From Kofleriaceae bacterium (GTDB lineage: Bacteria; Myxococcota_A; Polyangia; Haliangiales; Haliangiaceae): a DNA stretch of 51,341 nt. The notes below the pieces were generated by a model. The model saw only the letters and a program-made list of their open reading frames with translations. It was not told where the DNA came from and searched no databases. The position numbers were made by a program, and so were the translations under genes. Below are positions 1-11,580 of the stretch, piece after piece. The DNA lies in assembly GCA_046597055.1 (NCBI GenBank), contig JBKJLC010000133.1, positions 1 through 51,341 of the forward strand. Direction: 5' to 3'. Position 1 is the stretch's first letter. Every line of letters starts with the position of its first letter.

Positions 1-1
1 G

Positions 2-238
2 GGCCCGACCAAGGCTGCGGGCGCGCCGGTCGACCCCGCGAAGGCCAAGGCCGTGTTCGCCCGCCGCTGCTCGGAGTGCCACGAGCTCAGCGACGTCGAC
101 GCGGACCCGCCGACCTCGCGGGCCGCGGCGCGTCGCATGGTGCGCCGCATGGTCGAGAACGGGCTCGAGGCGCCGCGCCGCGAGCTGGATCTGATCGTCT
201 GGTGGCTCGACGCGCACTACGTGCGCAAGGCCGAGTGA
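2..238 (+). CDS. C-terminal part of a c-type cytochrome domain protein (5' truncated by window edge)
   Basis: Open frame from position 2: ...AKAVFARRCSECHELSD...RRMVRRMVENG; CxxCH heme-binding motif with a downstream Met as possible axial ligand. Confidence 0.7.
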   Translation, partial: GPTKAAGAPVDPAKAKAVFARRCSECHELSDVDADPPTSRAAARRMVRRMVENGLEAPRRELDLIVWWLDAHYVRKAE

Positions 239-273
239 ACCCATACGGGGGCAACCCGCGTTAGGCTGGCCGG

Positions 274-1893
274 GTGGCGACGTGTCCGATCTGCCGGCTG
301 GACTACGAGTCGGCGGCGTTCTGCCCGCGCGACGGGGCGCGCCTCCTCGGCGAGCGGGTCCTGGACGCGCGCTACCGGTTGATCCGGAAGGTCGGTGAGG
401 GCGCGATGGGCGAGGTGTTCGAGGCCGAGCACCTCAACCTCAAGCGTCGGGTCGCGGTGAAGATCCTCCGCCGTCACATCGCCTACCAGCCGGAGGCGAT
501 CGCCCGCCTCGAGCGCGAAGCCCAGGCCGCCAGTCAGCTCGGCCATCCCAACCTGGTCAGCGTGCTCGATTTCGGCCAGTCGGATGACGGCAGCGTCTAC
601 CTGGCGATGGAGTGGCTCGAGGGCGAGGACCTCGAGCAGCACCTGGCGCGGGGCCCGGTCGACATCGGGACCGCGCTCGACCTCGTGAGCCAGGCGGCGG
701 CCGGCGTCGCCGAGGCCCACGACCACGGCGTGATCCACCGCGATCTCAAGCCGGCCAACCTCTTCGTCAGCCACGACCGAGCCGGTGCCCTGCGCGTGAA
801 GGTGCTCGATTTCGGCATCGCGAAGCTCGCGATCGAACAGACCCAGCTGACCGGGACCGGCGTGTTGATCGGGACGCCCAACTACATGGCGCCCGAGCAA
901 GCCCTCGGCGAGCCGGTCGATGCGCGCACCGACGTGTACGCGCTGGGGGTCATCCTCTACGAGCTGCTGACCGGCATGGTCCCGTTCCGCGGCGACAGCC
1001 CGATCGCCGTCCTCCATCAGCACACCGCCCGGCTGCCCGCGGCGCCGTCGTCGGTCGCCACCGCGCGCGGGATCACGCCCGAGCTCGACCTGGTCGTGCT
1101 GCGCTGCCTGGCCAAGCGCCCCGAGGAGCGGTTCGCGACGATGCACGAGCTGGTCGCGAGCATCGTGGCAGCGAGGACCGGCGGTCGACCGGTGCCGCCG
1201 CCCGCGCCGGTGCTCCCCGAGTCGGACGACGAGCTGCTCGCGGCCGCCGGCATCGGCAGACGTTCGCCGACCGCGCTCATCGTCGGGCTGGCCGCGCTTG
1301 GCATCGTCGCGGCGCTCGGCGTCTTCCTGGTCGTGCGCGGGCAACGAGCCGGCGCGATCGATCCGCCCCTCGACGCGTCGTCGGCGGCGCTGGCGCGCGA
1401 CGCGTCGTCCATGGCGCTGCCGGTCGACGCCTCGCCCGTCGTCGACGTCGCATCAGCCGATGCCGCGGTTGCCGTCGACACCGTCGACGCCCCCACGGCC
1501 GACGCGGGCGCCGACGCGGCTCCCGACGCGAGCGCGCAGGTCGACGGCGCCTGGCGCCAGCGGGTCCGCGCCCGAGGATTCGATCTGCACGCATCGGTCG
1601 GTCCGGACCACCCGGCCGCGACGGTGCCCTTCGAGCTCGTGCTCGAGCTCGAGGCGCCTGGCGCCGTGGTCGAGGCGGCGCTGCGACGCGGGACGCTGCG
1701 GGCGGAGGTCACCGTGCGCTACTTTCGCGATCATGCCGTCGTCCATCGTTCGAGCCACGTCCCGGTCCGGGCCGGCCCCTTCCGCACCGCGATGACGCTT
1801 GCGCGTGCGGGGAAGCACCACCTCGCGGTCGACCTGTTCGACGGGGCAACCGCGGTCGGCCAGGCCCGGTTCGATCTGCTGGTCGCGCGGTGA
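274..1893 (+). CDS. Hanks-type Ser/Thr protein kinase with N-terminal Zn-ribbon-like segment, one TM helix and an extracytoplasmic C-terminal domain
   Basis: GEGAMGEV, VAVK, HRDLKPAN, DFGIAK, GTPNYMAPEQ, DVYALG motifs; CPIC...FCPRDG N-terminus; hydrophobic LIVGLAALGIVAALGVFLVV; DA-rich linker. Confidence 0.95.
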   Translation: MATCPICRLDYESAAFCPRDGARLLGERVLDARYRLIRKVGEGAMGEVFEAEHLNLKRRVAVKILRRHIAYQPEAIARLEREAQAASQLGHPNLVSVLDFGQSDDGSVYLAMEWLEGEDLEQHLARGPVDIGTALDLVSQAAAGVAEAHDHGVIHRDLKPANLFVSHDRAGALRVKVLDFGIAKLAIEQTQLTGTGVLIGTPNYMAPEQALGEPVDARTDVYALGVILYELLTGMVPFRGDSPIAVLHQHTARLPAAPSSVATARGITPELDLVVLRCLAKRPEERFATMHELVASIVAARTGGRPVPPPAPVLPESDDELLAAAGIGRRSPTALIVGLAALGIVAALGVFLVVRGQRAGAIDPPLDASSAALARDASSMALPVDASPVVDVASADAAVAVDTVDAPTADAGADAAPDASAQVDGAWRQRVRARGFDLHASVGPDHPAATVPFELVLELEAPGAVVEAALRRGTLRAEVTVRYFRDHAVVHRSSHVPVRAGPFRTAMTLARAGKHHLAVDLFDGATAVGQARFDLLVAR

Positions 1894-1923
1894 CCACAGC
1901 CGGTCCTGCGCGCCGCCCCCTTG

Positions 1924-3948
1924 CTACCCGCCGCGCCGCCGGCTGACCCACCAGCCGAAGCCGATCGTCGCCGGGATCAGCAGGTAGAGCAGCCACATCC
2001 ACACCGGGCGGTCGAACTGCAGCACCAGCGCATGCGCCCCGGGCCCGGCGTCGATCGCCATCATGTCGGGGCTGATCCGGCGGACCGGGACTGCCTGGCC
2101 GTCGATCGTTGCCCGCCAGCGCGGGTGCCAGCTCTCGCGGATCGCGAAGGTGGTCGGGGCTCGCACGTCGAGCTGGGCGGTGATGCGTGAGCCGTGGTGG
2201 CGGATGCCCGAGGCGTCGCCGTCGGGCGGCGGGCCGGCGGCGCCATGGCCGTGATGGACCAGCACCTGGTTCGCCATCGGTCGATCGGACGCCTGCCAGA
2301 CCAGGCCGGCGGCGCGGGTCGCCTTGCGCCCGGGCGGGAGCTCGCCGGTGATCTGCACCGGGCCGACCAGCCCCGGCGTCGGCAGCTGGCGCAGCTCGAA
2401 GTGCGCGGTCTTGGCCAGCACCTCGCCGCCGATCGCGGTGCTGCCGAGGCGGGTGAGCACCAGCGGCGCGTCGTAGATCCACGCGGCGCGCGCCGGCGGC
2501 GGCAGCGCGTACAGGTACGCGAAGTTCGGCGACGACTGCAGTGACGCGCCGCCGTACGCGATCAGGGCGGGCTTCCCGCCGTACACGTACGGCAGCAGCA
2601 TGAACCAGTGGTTCTCGATGTTGCGGGCCTGGATGCGCCCCGGCGCCGCGGCGCGGATCGCCGGCAGCAGCTGGTCGAGCTCGCTGCGGTAGATGAAGTC
2701 GTAGTCGGTCGCGACCCGGGCCCGACCGCCGAGCACGCCGATGCCGGGCCCGGCGAAGACGATCAGCGTGATGCCGAGGATCGCGGCGAGCACGCCCTGC
2801 GCGACCTCGCCCAGGTCGACCCGGTCGAGCGCACGGATCGCCCAGGCCACCCCGCTGCCGACCGCCGCGCCGACCGCGAGCGCGAGCGTGACCTGCATCG
2901 GCGCCATCACCCGCACCGCCGGGAACAGATCGTCCTGGGTCTTGGGCAGCGAGCGCCCGACGCCGAGGATGAACGCGAGCACGATCGCGGCGACCCACAG
3001 CAGGGTCAGGTCGCCCTCGCGGCGCAGCACCCGCGCCACGATCGCGTAGACGAACGCGGGGCCGAGCAGGATGGTCAGGATCGGCAGCCGGTAGACGTCG
3101 AGCTCGCGGTCGGCGTCGAGCAGGTAGCCGTCGTAGAACCACTTGCCGAGCAGCTTGAAGCCGGGCCCGATCTCGTCGGCGACCCGATGCGGGAAGCCGC
3201 CGAACGCGTCGTAGTGGATCAAGACCGGCAGCCAGGCCGGCGCCGAGCCGATCAGCAAGAGCGCGCCGAGCGCGACCAGGCGAACCGGTGGCTTCCAGTG
3301 CGCGCGCACGGTCGGCACCAGCACCAGCGCGACCACGAACAAGGCCGGCGCCAGCGCGACGCCGGCCAGCGGATGACACAGGCCGACGAACAGGCCCCAG
3401 CCGGCCGCGGGGCCGAGGCCGTGGCCGGTCTTCATCCACCGGCAGCCGTGGGCGAACGCCAGCGGGTAGGCGCACAGCGCCCAGCCCTGGGTGTAGAGCC
3501 CGACCATGAGGACGCCGTCCTGACCCCACTTCGAGCCGCCAACCATGAACGCGACCGCGACCGCGCCGCCGAGCGCACCCCAGCCGTCGACCTCGAGCAC
3601 GCGCAGCGACCGGTACGCCGCCGCCGGCAGCAGCACCAGCGGCAGGTACACGCCGAGCTGGAACCAGAACAGCACGCGCCCGAAGATCCCGGCGAGGACG
3701 CCGGGCACCGCGGCCGGGATGAGCTGGTAGTAGTAGCCCGACGGGAAGCCACCGTTGGCCGACGGGTTCCACCAGTCCCAGTCGCCACGCCTCACCGCCT
3801 CGGCGATGCGCGCGGTCTCGGCGAAGTGGAACGTGTTGTCGTCGCCGGCGACCTCGCCGCGGAACACGCCGGCGTACATCGCCGCGACGATCAGCGTGAT
3901 GACGCCGACCAGGATCGCCGGCATCCGGTCGAGCCAGCTCCGGGTCAT
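1924..3948 (-). CDS. Polytopic membrane protein, probable GT-C glycosyltransferase (PTPS-related/YfhO-like)
   Basis: First TM followed by GDDNTFH...WNPSANGGFP..YYY loop, many TM helices, YfhO-like C-terminus (ESWHPRWRATIDG); ATG 3948 overlaps upstream stop (ATGA). Confidence 0.7.
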   Translation of the reverse strand: MTRSWLDRMPAILVGVITLIVAAMYAGVFRGEVAGDDNTFHFAETARIAEAVRRGDWDWWNPSANGGFPSGYYYQLIPAAVPGVLAGIFGRVLFWFQLGVYLPLVLLPAAAYRSLRVLEVDGWGALGGAVAVAFMVGGSKWGQDGVLMVGLYTQGWALCAYPLAFAHGCRWMKTGHGLGPAAGWGLFVGLCHPLAGVALAPALFVVALVLVPTVRAHWKPPVRLVALGALLLIGSAPAWLPVLIHYDAFGGFPHRVADEIGPGFKLLGKWFYDGYLLDADRELDVYRLPILTILLGPAFVYAIVARVLRREGDLTLLWVAAIVLAFILGVGRSLPKTQDDLFPAVRVMAPMQVTLALAVGAAVGSGVAWAIRALDRVDLGEVAQGVLAAILGITLIVFAGPGIGVLGGRARVATDYDFIYRSELDQLLPAIRAAAPGRIQARNIENHWFMLLPYVYGGKPALIAYGGASLQSSPNFAYLYALPPPARAAWIYDAPLVLTRLGSTAIGGEVLAKTAHFELRQLPTPGLVGPVQITGELPPGRKATRAAGLVWQASDRPMANQVLVHHGHGAAGPPPDGDASGIRHHGSRITAQLDVRAPTTFAIRESWHPRWRATIDGQAVPVRRISPDMMAIDAGPGAHALVLQFDRPVWMWLLYLLIPATIGFGWWVSRRRGG

Positions 3949-4886
3949 GGCGCCGCGGCCGCGGCGTGGGTCATCGCCGCGGTGCTGGCCGCTGCGATCA
4001 GCGCGGGTCCGTCGACGACCGGGGTGGCGCCCCGCGCGCTGGCGACCTCGGCGGCGATCGCCGCGGCCAGGTGACCGATGCGCGGCCACGACCAGCCGGC
4101 GAGCAGGCCGTGCACCATGCCGGCGACGTAGGCATCGCCGCAGCCGACGTTGTCGCCACCCGGGCGCGCCGCGGCGGCCGCGAGCTCGAGCGTCAGCCCA
4201 GGCGCGTGCCAGGTGCTACCGCCGACGCCGCGGGTGACCACGACCAGCCGCGCGCCGCGGGCGAGCAGCGCCGCGACCGGATCGACGCCGAGCCGGGCGC
4301 TCACCTGCGCGACCTCGCTCTCGCCGAGCTTGCAGATGTCGGCGGCGGCCAGCGCCTGCCGGAGCGCGGCGTCGTCGCCGGCCGAGGGCCCGACCGGCGT
4401 CGCGCCGGCGGTCATCACCTGGATCGACGGTGGGCGCAGGTTGGGATCGCACACGCGGACCACGCGCGGTGACGCGGTGGCGAGCGCGGCGGCCAGGCCC
4501 ATGGCGCCGTCGGCGGTGCGCTGGGCCATGGTGCCGAACACCAGCGCGCGCGCCGGCACCAGCGCGGCCGCGATCGCGTCGGTCATCGCGATGCGCTCCC
4601 ACGCGCGGCCCGGCACCAGCCGGTAGCGCGGCTCGCCGTTGGCCAGCGTGACCGTGACCTCGCCGGTCGCGCGCTCGTCATCGATCTGGACGAGCGAGGT
4701 GTCGACCCCATGGGCGCGCAGCCGCGCGATCGCGGCGTGGCCGTCGGCGTCGTCGCCGACCCGGGTCACCAGCGCGACCGGCGTGCCCAGCTGCGCCAGG
4801 TGCCAGGCGACGTTGGCCGGCGCGCCGCCGAGCTGGTCGCCGTCGGGGAACCGGTCCCACAGCAGCTCGCCCCACACGATCACCAC
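3945..4886 (-). CDS. PfkB-family carbohydrate kinase (fructokinase-like)
   Basis: GELLWD...GGAPANVA, VGDDADG, DPNLRP, VTRG..GS and DNVGCGDAYVAG PfkB signatures; GTG start at 4886 or 4883. Confidence 0.9.
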   Translation of the reverse strand: MVIVWGELLWDRFPDGDQLGGAPANVAWHLAQLGTPVALVTRVGDDADGHAAIARLRAHGVDTSLVQIDDERATGEVTVTLANGEPRYRLVPGRAWERIAMTDAIAAALVPARALVFGTMAQRTADGAMGLAAALATASPRVVRVCDPNLRPPSIQVMTAGATPVGPSAGDDAALRQALAAADICKLGESEVAQVSARLGVDPVAALLARGARLVVVTRGVGGSTWHAPGLTLELAAAAARPGGDNVGCGDAYVAGMVHGLLAGWSWPRIGHLAAAIAAEVASARGATPVVDGPALIAAASTAAMTHAAAAAP

Positions 4887-4912
4887 GAGGTGACCGGTTG
4901 ACTTCGCGCGAA

Positions 4913-4933
4913 GTCGTGTAAGAAATACACTAT
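4913..4933. promoter_or_regulatory. Putative NrtR operator
   Basis: GTGTA-AGAAA-TACAC palindrome (4916-4930) containing the GT-N7-AC core, in an AT-rich patch upstream of the nrtR-containing operon. Confidence 0.8.
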
Positions 4934-5030
4934 CAAGACCACCGTCGACATGCCGCGCGCGCATTGTGCCAAGCTCGCGGGCCGGGTGGCGGTGGTTGCC
5001 ACGGAAACTGCATCGCCGAGGGGGACTTCC

Positions 5031-6515
5031 ATGGGCCTGACCGAGCTCTACCGCCCGTCGCTGGCGCTCTTGACCGACCTGTACCAGCTGACGATGGCGT
5101 ACGGCTACTGGAAGGCGGGCGTCGCCGGGCGCGACAGCGTCTTTCACCTGCACTTTCGGCGGCACCCGTTCGGCGGCGGCTACGCGATCGCGGCCGGGCT
5201 CGAGCTCGCGATCGACTACCTCGCCGGGCTGCACTTCGATCCGTCCGACCAGGCCTATCTGGCCACCCTGACCGGCGCGGACGGCAAGCCGCTGTTCGAG
5301 GCCGGCTTCATCGAATACCTCGGCGCGATGCGCTTCACCGGCACCGTCGACGCGGTCCCCGAGGGCCGGCTGGTGTTCGCCCACGAGCCGCTGGTGCGGG
5401 TGCGCGCGCCGATGCTGCAGGCCCAGCTGGTCGAGACGCCGCTCCTGACCCTCATCAACTTCAGCACGCTGATCGCGACCAAGGCGGCCCGGGTCTGCCA
5501 CGCCGCCCGCGGTGAGCCGGTGCTCGAGTTCGGCCTGCGCCGGGCCCAGGGCGTCGACGGCGGGCTGAGCGCGTCGCGCGCGGCCTGGATCGGCGGCGTC
5601 GCCGCCACCTCCAACGTCCTCGCTGGCAAGCTCTACGGCCTGCCGGTCAAGGGCACCCACGCGCACTCCTGGGTGATGTTCTGGGGCGACGAGCAGGCAT
5701 CGTTCCGCGAGTACGCGCGCTCGCTGCCGGCCAATTGCACGTTCCTGGTCGACACCTTCGACACCCTCGAGGGCGTGCGCCGCGCGATCGTGGTGGGCCG
5801 CGAGCTGCGCGAGCGTGGCCACGACCTGATCGGCATCCGCCTCGACTCGGGCGACCTCGCGCACCTGTCGATCGAGGCCCGCCGGCTGCTCGACGAGGCC
5901 GGCTTCGAGCGCACCCACGTGGTCGCGTCGAACGATCTCGACGAGACCCTGATCGCCAGCCTGCGCGAGCAGGGCGCGCGGATCGACACCTGGGGCGTCG
6001 GCACCAAGCTGGTCACCGCGTTCGACCAGCCCGCGCTGGGCGGCGTCTACAAGCTGGGCGCGGTGCGCGACCCCGACGCGCGCACCAGCGACGGCTGGCG
6101 CTACGCGCTCAAGCTGTCGGAGCAGCCGATCAAGATCTCGACGCCAGGCGTGCAGGGCGTGCGCCGCTACCGCCGCGACGGGATGCTGGTCGGCGACGTG
6201 ATCGTCGACGCGCTGAGCCCGCCCGGGCCCGGGCCGGTGCCGGCCTGGGACCTCGAGGATCCGACCCGCGGCTTCACCGTCGACGGCGACGCCGAGGAGC
6301 TGCTGGTCACCGCGATGAAGGACGGCGTGCCGACCGGGGCCCTCGGCGATCTCCCGGCGGCGCGCGCCCGCGCGGTCGCCGACCTCGCGGCGCTGTCGTC
6401 GCGGACCCGCCGTCACCTCAACCCGCAGCCGTACCCGGTCGGGCTCGACCGGGTGCTGCACGAGCGCAAGCTGGCGCTGATCGCCCGCGCCCGCGCCGAT
6501 GGAGGCACCCGATGA
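5031..6515 (+). CDS. pncB: Nicotinate phosphoribosyltransferase
   Basis: [67 protein letters not shown]. Confidence 0.96.
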   Translation: MGLTELYRPSLALLTDLYQLTMAYGYWKAGVAGRDSVFHLHFRRHPFGGGYAIAAGLELAIDYLAGLHFDPSDQAYLATLTGADGKPLFEAGFIEYLGAMRFTGTVDAVPEGRLVFAHEPLVRVRAPMLQAQLVETPLLTLINFSTLIATKAARVCHAARGEPVLEFGLRRAQGVDGGLSASRAAWIGGVAATSNVLAGKLYGLPVKGTHAHSWVMFWGDEQASFREYARSLPANCTFLVDTFDTLEGVRRAIVVGRELRERGHDLIGIRLDSGDLAHLSIEARRLLDEAGFERTHVVASNDLDETLIASLREQGARIDTWGVGTKLVTAFDQPALGGVYKLGAVRDPDARTSDGWRYALKLSEQPIKISTPGVQGVRRYRRDGMLVGDVIVDALSPPGPGPVPAWDLEDPTRGFTVDGDAEELLVTAMKDGVPTGALGDLPAARARAVADLAALSSRTRRHLNPQPYPVGLDRVLHERKLALIARARADGGTR

Positions 6516-7435
6516 TGATGAACCCGGTCGTGTTCTCGACTTCCAGCTACGACTACCTGGCTGCCCGCATCGCCACCGAGGGTGGCTGGCCCCGGGGCGA
6601 GGTCGAGCGCCGCAACTTCCCCGACGGCGAGAAGTACCAGCGGGTGGTGACCGAGGTCGCCGACCGCGACGTCATGATCGTCGGCGGCACCATCGGCGAG
6701 GTCGACACGCTCGAGCTGTTCGATCTCGCCAGCTCGTGCGTGCTGGCGGGCGCGTACCGGCTGACGCTGGTGATCCCGTACTACGGCTACTCGACGATGG
6801 AGCGGGCGGTCCGCGCCGGCGAGGTGGTCACCGCCAAGACCCGAGCCCGGCTCCTGTCGTCGATCCCCGAGGCCAGCCGGGGCAACCAGGTGTTCCTGCT
6901 CGACCTCCACGTGTCGGCGATCGCCCACTACTTCGAGGGCGCGATCCGCCCGGTCCACGTCTACGGCAAGTCGGTGATCACCGCGGCCGCGCGTCGGCTC
7001 GGCGGCGACGACCTGGTGCTGGCCTGCACCGACGCCGGCCGCGCCAAGTGGGTCGAGAGCCTGGCCAACGACCTGGGGGCGCCGGCCGCGTTCGTCTACA
7101 AGCGCCGGCTCGACGGCGAGCACACCGAGGTCACCGGGGTGTCGGCCGCGGTCGCCGGCAAGCGGGTCGTGATCTACGACGACATGATCCGGACCGGTGG
7201 CTCGCTCATCAACGCGGCCCGCGCGTACCACGACTCGGGCGCGGCGTCGATCGATGCGATCGCGACCCACGGCGTGCTGCCCGGCGACTCGATCGAGCGC
7301 ATCCGCGCGTCCGGTCTGTTCGGCAAGGTCGTGGTAACCGACAGCCACCCCCGCGCCCACGCGCTCGCCTCGGACTTTCTCGAGGTCGTGAGCATCGCCC
7401 CGGTGCTCGTCGAGCATCTCAACGACAACCACTGA
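6512..7435 (+). CDS. prs: Ribose-phosphate pyrophosphokinase
   Basis: [36 protein letters not shown]-binding loop, ATHGVL; start overlaps pncB stop. Confidence 0.93.
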   Translation: MMMNPVVFSTSSYDYLAARIATEGGWPRGEVERRNFPDGEKYQRVVTEVADRDVMIVGGTIGEVDTLELFDLASSCVLAGAYRLTLVIPYYGYSTMERAVRAGEVVTAKTRARLLSSIPEASRGNQVFLLDLHVSAIAHYFEGAIRPVHVYGKSVITAAARRLGGDDLVLACTDAGRAKWVESLANDLGAPAAFVYKRRLDGEHTEVTGVSAAVAGKRVVIYDDMIRTGGSLINAARAYHDSGAASIDAIATHGVLPGDSIERIRASGLFGKVVVTDSHPRAHALASDFLEVVSIAPVLVEHLNDNH

Positions 7436-7447
7436 TCGCAGGGTCCC

Positions 7448-9450
7448 ATGAAGCTCCTCAAGGTCGCCGCCGCCTGCCTCAACCAGACCCCGTTCGACTG
7501 GCCGACCAACCTCGGCAACGTCCAGGCGGCGATCGACCAGGCGCGCGCCGCCGGCGTGACCGTCCTGTGCCTGCCCGAGCTGTGCCTGACCGGCTACGGC
7601 TGCGAGGACGCCTTCTTCGCGCCCGGCCTGCAGGAGGCGGCGTTCGCCGCCCTCGAGAAGTTCGTGCCGCAGACCCGGGGCATGGTGGTGTCGTTCGGTC
7701 TGCCGCTCTACTTCGAGAAGGCGCTCTACAACGCCGCCTGCCTGGTCGTCGACGGCCGGATCGCCGGCTTCGTGGGTAAGCGCTTCCTCGCCGGTGACGG
7801 CATCCACTACGAGCCGCGCTGGTTCAAGGAGTGGCCGGCGGGTGAGCGCGACGTGGTCGAGCGCGGCGACGACAAGCTGCCGCTGGGCGACGTGCTGTTC
7901 GATGTCGGCGACGTCCGCATCGGCTTCGAGATCTGCGAGGACGCCTGGGTCGCCAACCGCCCGGGCGCCGACCTCGCGCTGCGCGGCGTCGATCTCCTGC
8001 TCAACCCGTCGGCGAGCCACTTCGGCTTCGGCAAGTTCGCGGTCCGCCAGCGCTTCGTGGTCGAGGGCTCGCGCGCGTTCGGGGTGGGCTACGTCTACGC
8101 CAACCTGCTCGGCAACGAGGCGGGTCGGGTCATCTACGACGGCGGCGGGCTGATCGCCTCGGGCGGCGAGCTGTGCGCGCGTGGCCGGCGGTTCGGGCTG
8201 GTCGACGTCGAGCTGGTGACCGCGGTGATCGACGTCGAGGCCAACCGGCGCGAGCAGGCCCGGCGCGGCAGCCACCGCCCGCGCCACGACGCCGAGGCCG
8301 GCGTGATCGAGGTGCCGTTCACCTGGCCGGTGCTGCGACCGGTCGCGCCCGCGAAGATCGGGCGCACCTGGGAGGACGGCGAGCACGTGAAGGAGGAGGA
8401 GTTCGGGCGCGCGGTCGCGCTCGGGCTGTGGGACTACATGCGCAAGAGTCGGTCGCGCGGCTACGTCGTGTCGATCTCGGGCGGCGCCGACTCGGCGGCG
8501 TGCGCGGTGCTGGTCGCGCTCGCGCTCGAGCTGGCGGTCGCCGAGCACGGCCTCGACGGCGTCAAGCAGCGGCTGGGCCCGGTGCCGGGGCTGGCCGACG
8601 TCACCGACCTGACCGGGCTGACCCGGCGCCTGCTGCTGTGCGCGTACCAGTCGACCGAGAACTCGGGCGACGTCACCCGCACCGCCGCCCGCGAGGTCGC
8701 GCAGGCGGTCGGCGCCGAGTACCACGTGCTCGACGTCGATCCGCTGGTGAAGGGCTACATCGCCACCATCGAGCAGGCGCTCGGCCGCGCGCTGACCTGG
8801 GACCACGACGACGTCGCCTTGCAGAACATCCAGGCCCGGGTCCGGTCGCCGTCGATCTGGATGTTCGCCAACCTGCGCAATGCGCTGCTCTTGACCACGT
8901 CCAACCGCTCGGAGGCCGCGGTCGGCTACGCGACCATGGACGGCGACACCTCGGGTGGGCTGGCGCCGATCGGCGGCATCGACAAGACCTACCTGCGCAG
9001 CTGGCTGCGCTGGATGGAGGCGCACGGCCCGACCGGCGCGCACCCGGTGCCGGCGCTCCGCTTCATCAATGCCCAGCAGCCGACCGCCGAGCTGCGCCCG
9101 CCCGGCGAGGGCCAGACCGACGAGAAGGACCTGATGCCGTACGACGTGCTCGAGGCGGTCGAGGACGCCGCGATCCGCGACAAGCGGCTGCCGCTCGAGG
9201 TGCTGCACGAGCTGCAGCCGCGCTTCCCCGACCACGGCGTCGAGCAGCTCGGCCTGTGGGTCGAGCGGTTCTTCACCCTGTGGTGCCGCAACCAGTGGAA
9301 GCGGGAGCGGCTGGCCCCGAGCTTCCACCTCGACGACAAGAACCTCGACCCGCGCTCGTGGTGTCGCTTCCCGATCCTGAGCGGCGGCTATCGCGAGGAG
9401 CTGGCGGTGATGCGGGCGTTCGTCGCCGAGGAGCGCGCGCGGGGGCAGGC

Positions 9451-9454
<4 letters not shown>
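7448..9454 (+). CDS. nadE: Glutamine-dependent NAD+ synthetase
   Basis: N-terminal nitrilase domain ([16 protein letters not shown]) and synthetase domain ([41 protein letters not shown]). Confidence 0.96.
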
Positions 9455-10176
<722 letters not shown>

Positions 10177-10311
10177 TCGGCGCGCCGCCGTCGTCGGTCG
10201 ACGCGCGCGGTCCCGCCGTTCACACGCGGCAAGCGCAGGCAGGATCGCACCCGACGAGGCGAGGGTCAGCGCCGTCGCACGAACGTTCGCAAGCCGGTAG
10301 CCTTCGACCCA

Positions 10312-10641
10312 ATGCGCGCTCCGACCATCCTTGCAGCCGCGCTCGGCGCGCTCGTCGTGGCGCGCTCGTCGCCGGCCGCCGCCGACGGCTTCGATCCGCG
10401 CGATCTCGACAAGCAGGCCCACCTCGCCGTGAGCTACGGCCTCTCGCTCACCGGGAGCCTGGTCCTGCGCCGCCTCGACGTGCCGCGCTGGCAGGCGGTC
10501 GCGATCGCCGCGGCGGCCACGCTCGCGCTCGGCACCGTCAAGGAGCTCGTCCTCGACGACACCTACACCTGGGGCGACCAGCTCGGCAACGGCCTCGGCA
10601 CCAGCGGTGCTGCGGTGGTTGTGTTCTCGTTGCGCCTGTAG
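10312..10641 (+). CDS. Small exported/membrane protein, YfiM/DUF2279-like
   Basis: Signal peptide, DKQAH, KELVLD, WGDQLGNGLG pattern typical of YfiM-like proteins. Confidence 0.6.
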   Translation: MRAPTILAAALGALVVARSSPAAADGFDPRDLDKQAHLAVSYGLSLTGSLVLRRLDVPRWQAVAIAAAATLALGTVKELVLDDTYTWGDQLGNGLGTSGAAVVVFSLRL

Positions 10642-10648
10642 CGCCGCG

Positions 10649-11479
10649 CTAGAACGCGGCCTGGAAGCCGGCTGCGAGGAACAGGTCGACGCGGTCGCGG
10701 AAGTCGTCGTCGATCGGCGCGCCGATCGCGAGAAATGGCTGCAGCGTCTCGCCCATGAAGCGCATGGTGGCGGCGAAGGTGTGGCCCCAGCGGTCGTCGC
10801 CGTCGTCGAAGTCGAAGCGGTCGAGGTTCGCCGTGTTGGCCAGCTCGAGGCTCAGCGCCACCGGGCCGAGGTCGACGCCGGCGCCGACGTTCAAGCGGAG
10901 CAGCTCGTCGGCGCCCTCGTCGTCGAGCCCGATGTCGACGCCGAGATCGGCGCGCAGGAAGACGCGGTCGAGGTAGATCAGCGGCGAGACGCCGAGCCGG
11001 AGGTACCACGCGTCCGGGTAGGCCAGGGCGAGATCGGTCATGCGCGGGAACGACGCGTAGTAGCTGGTGGCGGTGGCATCGAGCCCGTCGGACGCGGTCG
11101 GGAGGGCGAGCCCGCCCCGGAGGACGAACGAGACCTCGGGGCCGGCGGTTACCACGTACAGCAGGCCGAGGTCGAGGTTGCCCAGCGCGGTCGCGTCTTC
11201 CGGCAGCGGCTCGGGGTTGCCGTCACCACCGAACGAGACCGAGATCGGGAGGGCGCCATAGAAGCCCAGCCCGCTCTGCAGGATCAGCTGGCCGTACGGC
11301 TCGAGCCGCAGCGCCGCGTCGTACGGTGGGTGATCGAGGAACGTGAGCCCGACGTCGAGGCCGAGCTTGCTGATGCCGTCGCCGCGATCGAGCGTAGCCA
11401 TGTCGGGCGAGCGCTGCGCGGTGGCGGTGGCCACCAGCGCGAGCAGTGACGAGAGTGCGAGGCCGAGGGTCCGGGTCAT
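10649..11479 (-). CDS. Secreted protein, probable outer-membrane beta-barrel
   Basis: Signal peptide (ATA-Q), alternating hydrophobic strands, C-terminal ...LAAGFQAAF; AGGAG ribosome site. Confidence 0.65.
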   Translation of the reverse strand: MTRTLGLALSSLLALVATATAQRSPDMATLDRGDGISKLGLDVGLTFLDHPPYDAALRLEPYGQLILQSGLGFYGALPISVSFGGDGNPEPLPEDATALGNLDLGLLYVVTAGPEVSFVLRGGLALPTASDGLDATATSYYASFPRMTDLALAYPDAWYLRLGVSPLIYLDRVFLRADLGVDIGLDDEGADELLRLNVGAGVDLGPVALSLELANTANLDRFDFDDGDDRWGHTFAATMRFMGETLQPFLAIGAPIDDDFRDRVDLFLAAGFQAAF

Positions 11480-11580
11480 CTACGACTCCTGGTGAGCCCC
11501 GAGGGTAGCCCCGACCGCGGCGGCCAGCTACGCACCGGGGTGCGCGACGGCCGCGCACGCCGGTGCGGTCGCACCGCGGT

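Noticed and set aside
4956..4971. TGGCACAATGCGCGCG on minus strand as sigma54 promoter for pfkB
   Set aside because: The -12 GC falls inside a CG run and lacks the preceding T; too weak to call
3945..6461. Apparent large fusions in the ORF track (838-aa pfkB ORF; extended prs, nrtR, GH16, SBP, permease and SGNH ORFs)
   Set aside because: N-terminal extensions overlap neighbouring real genes; true starts are marked by ATGA/GTGA overlaps or ribosome sites
6512..6520. ATGATGATG at the prs start
   Set aside because: Simple start/stop overlap with pncB; only makes the exact start ambiguous
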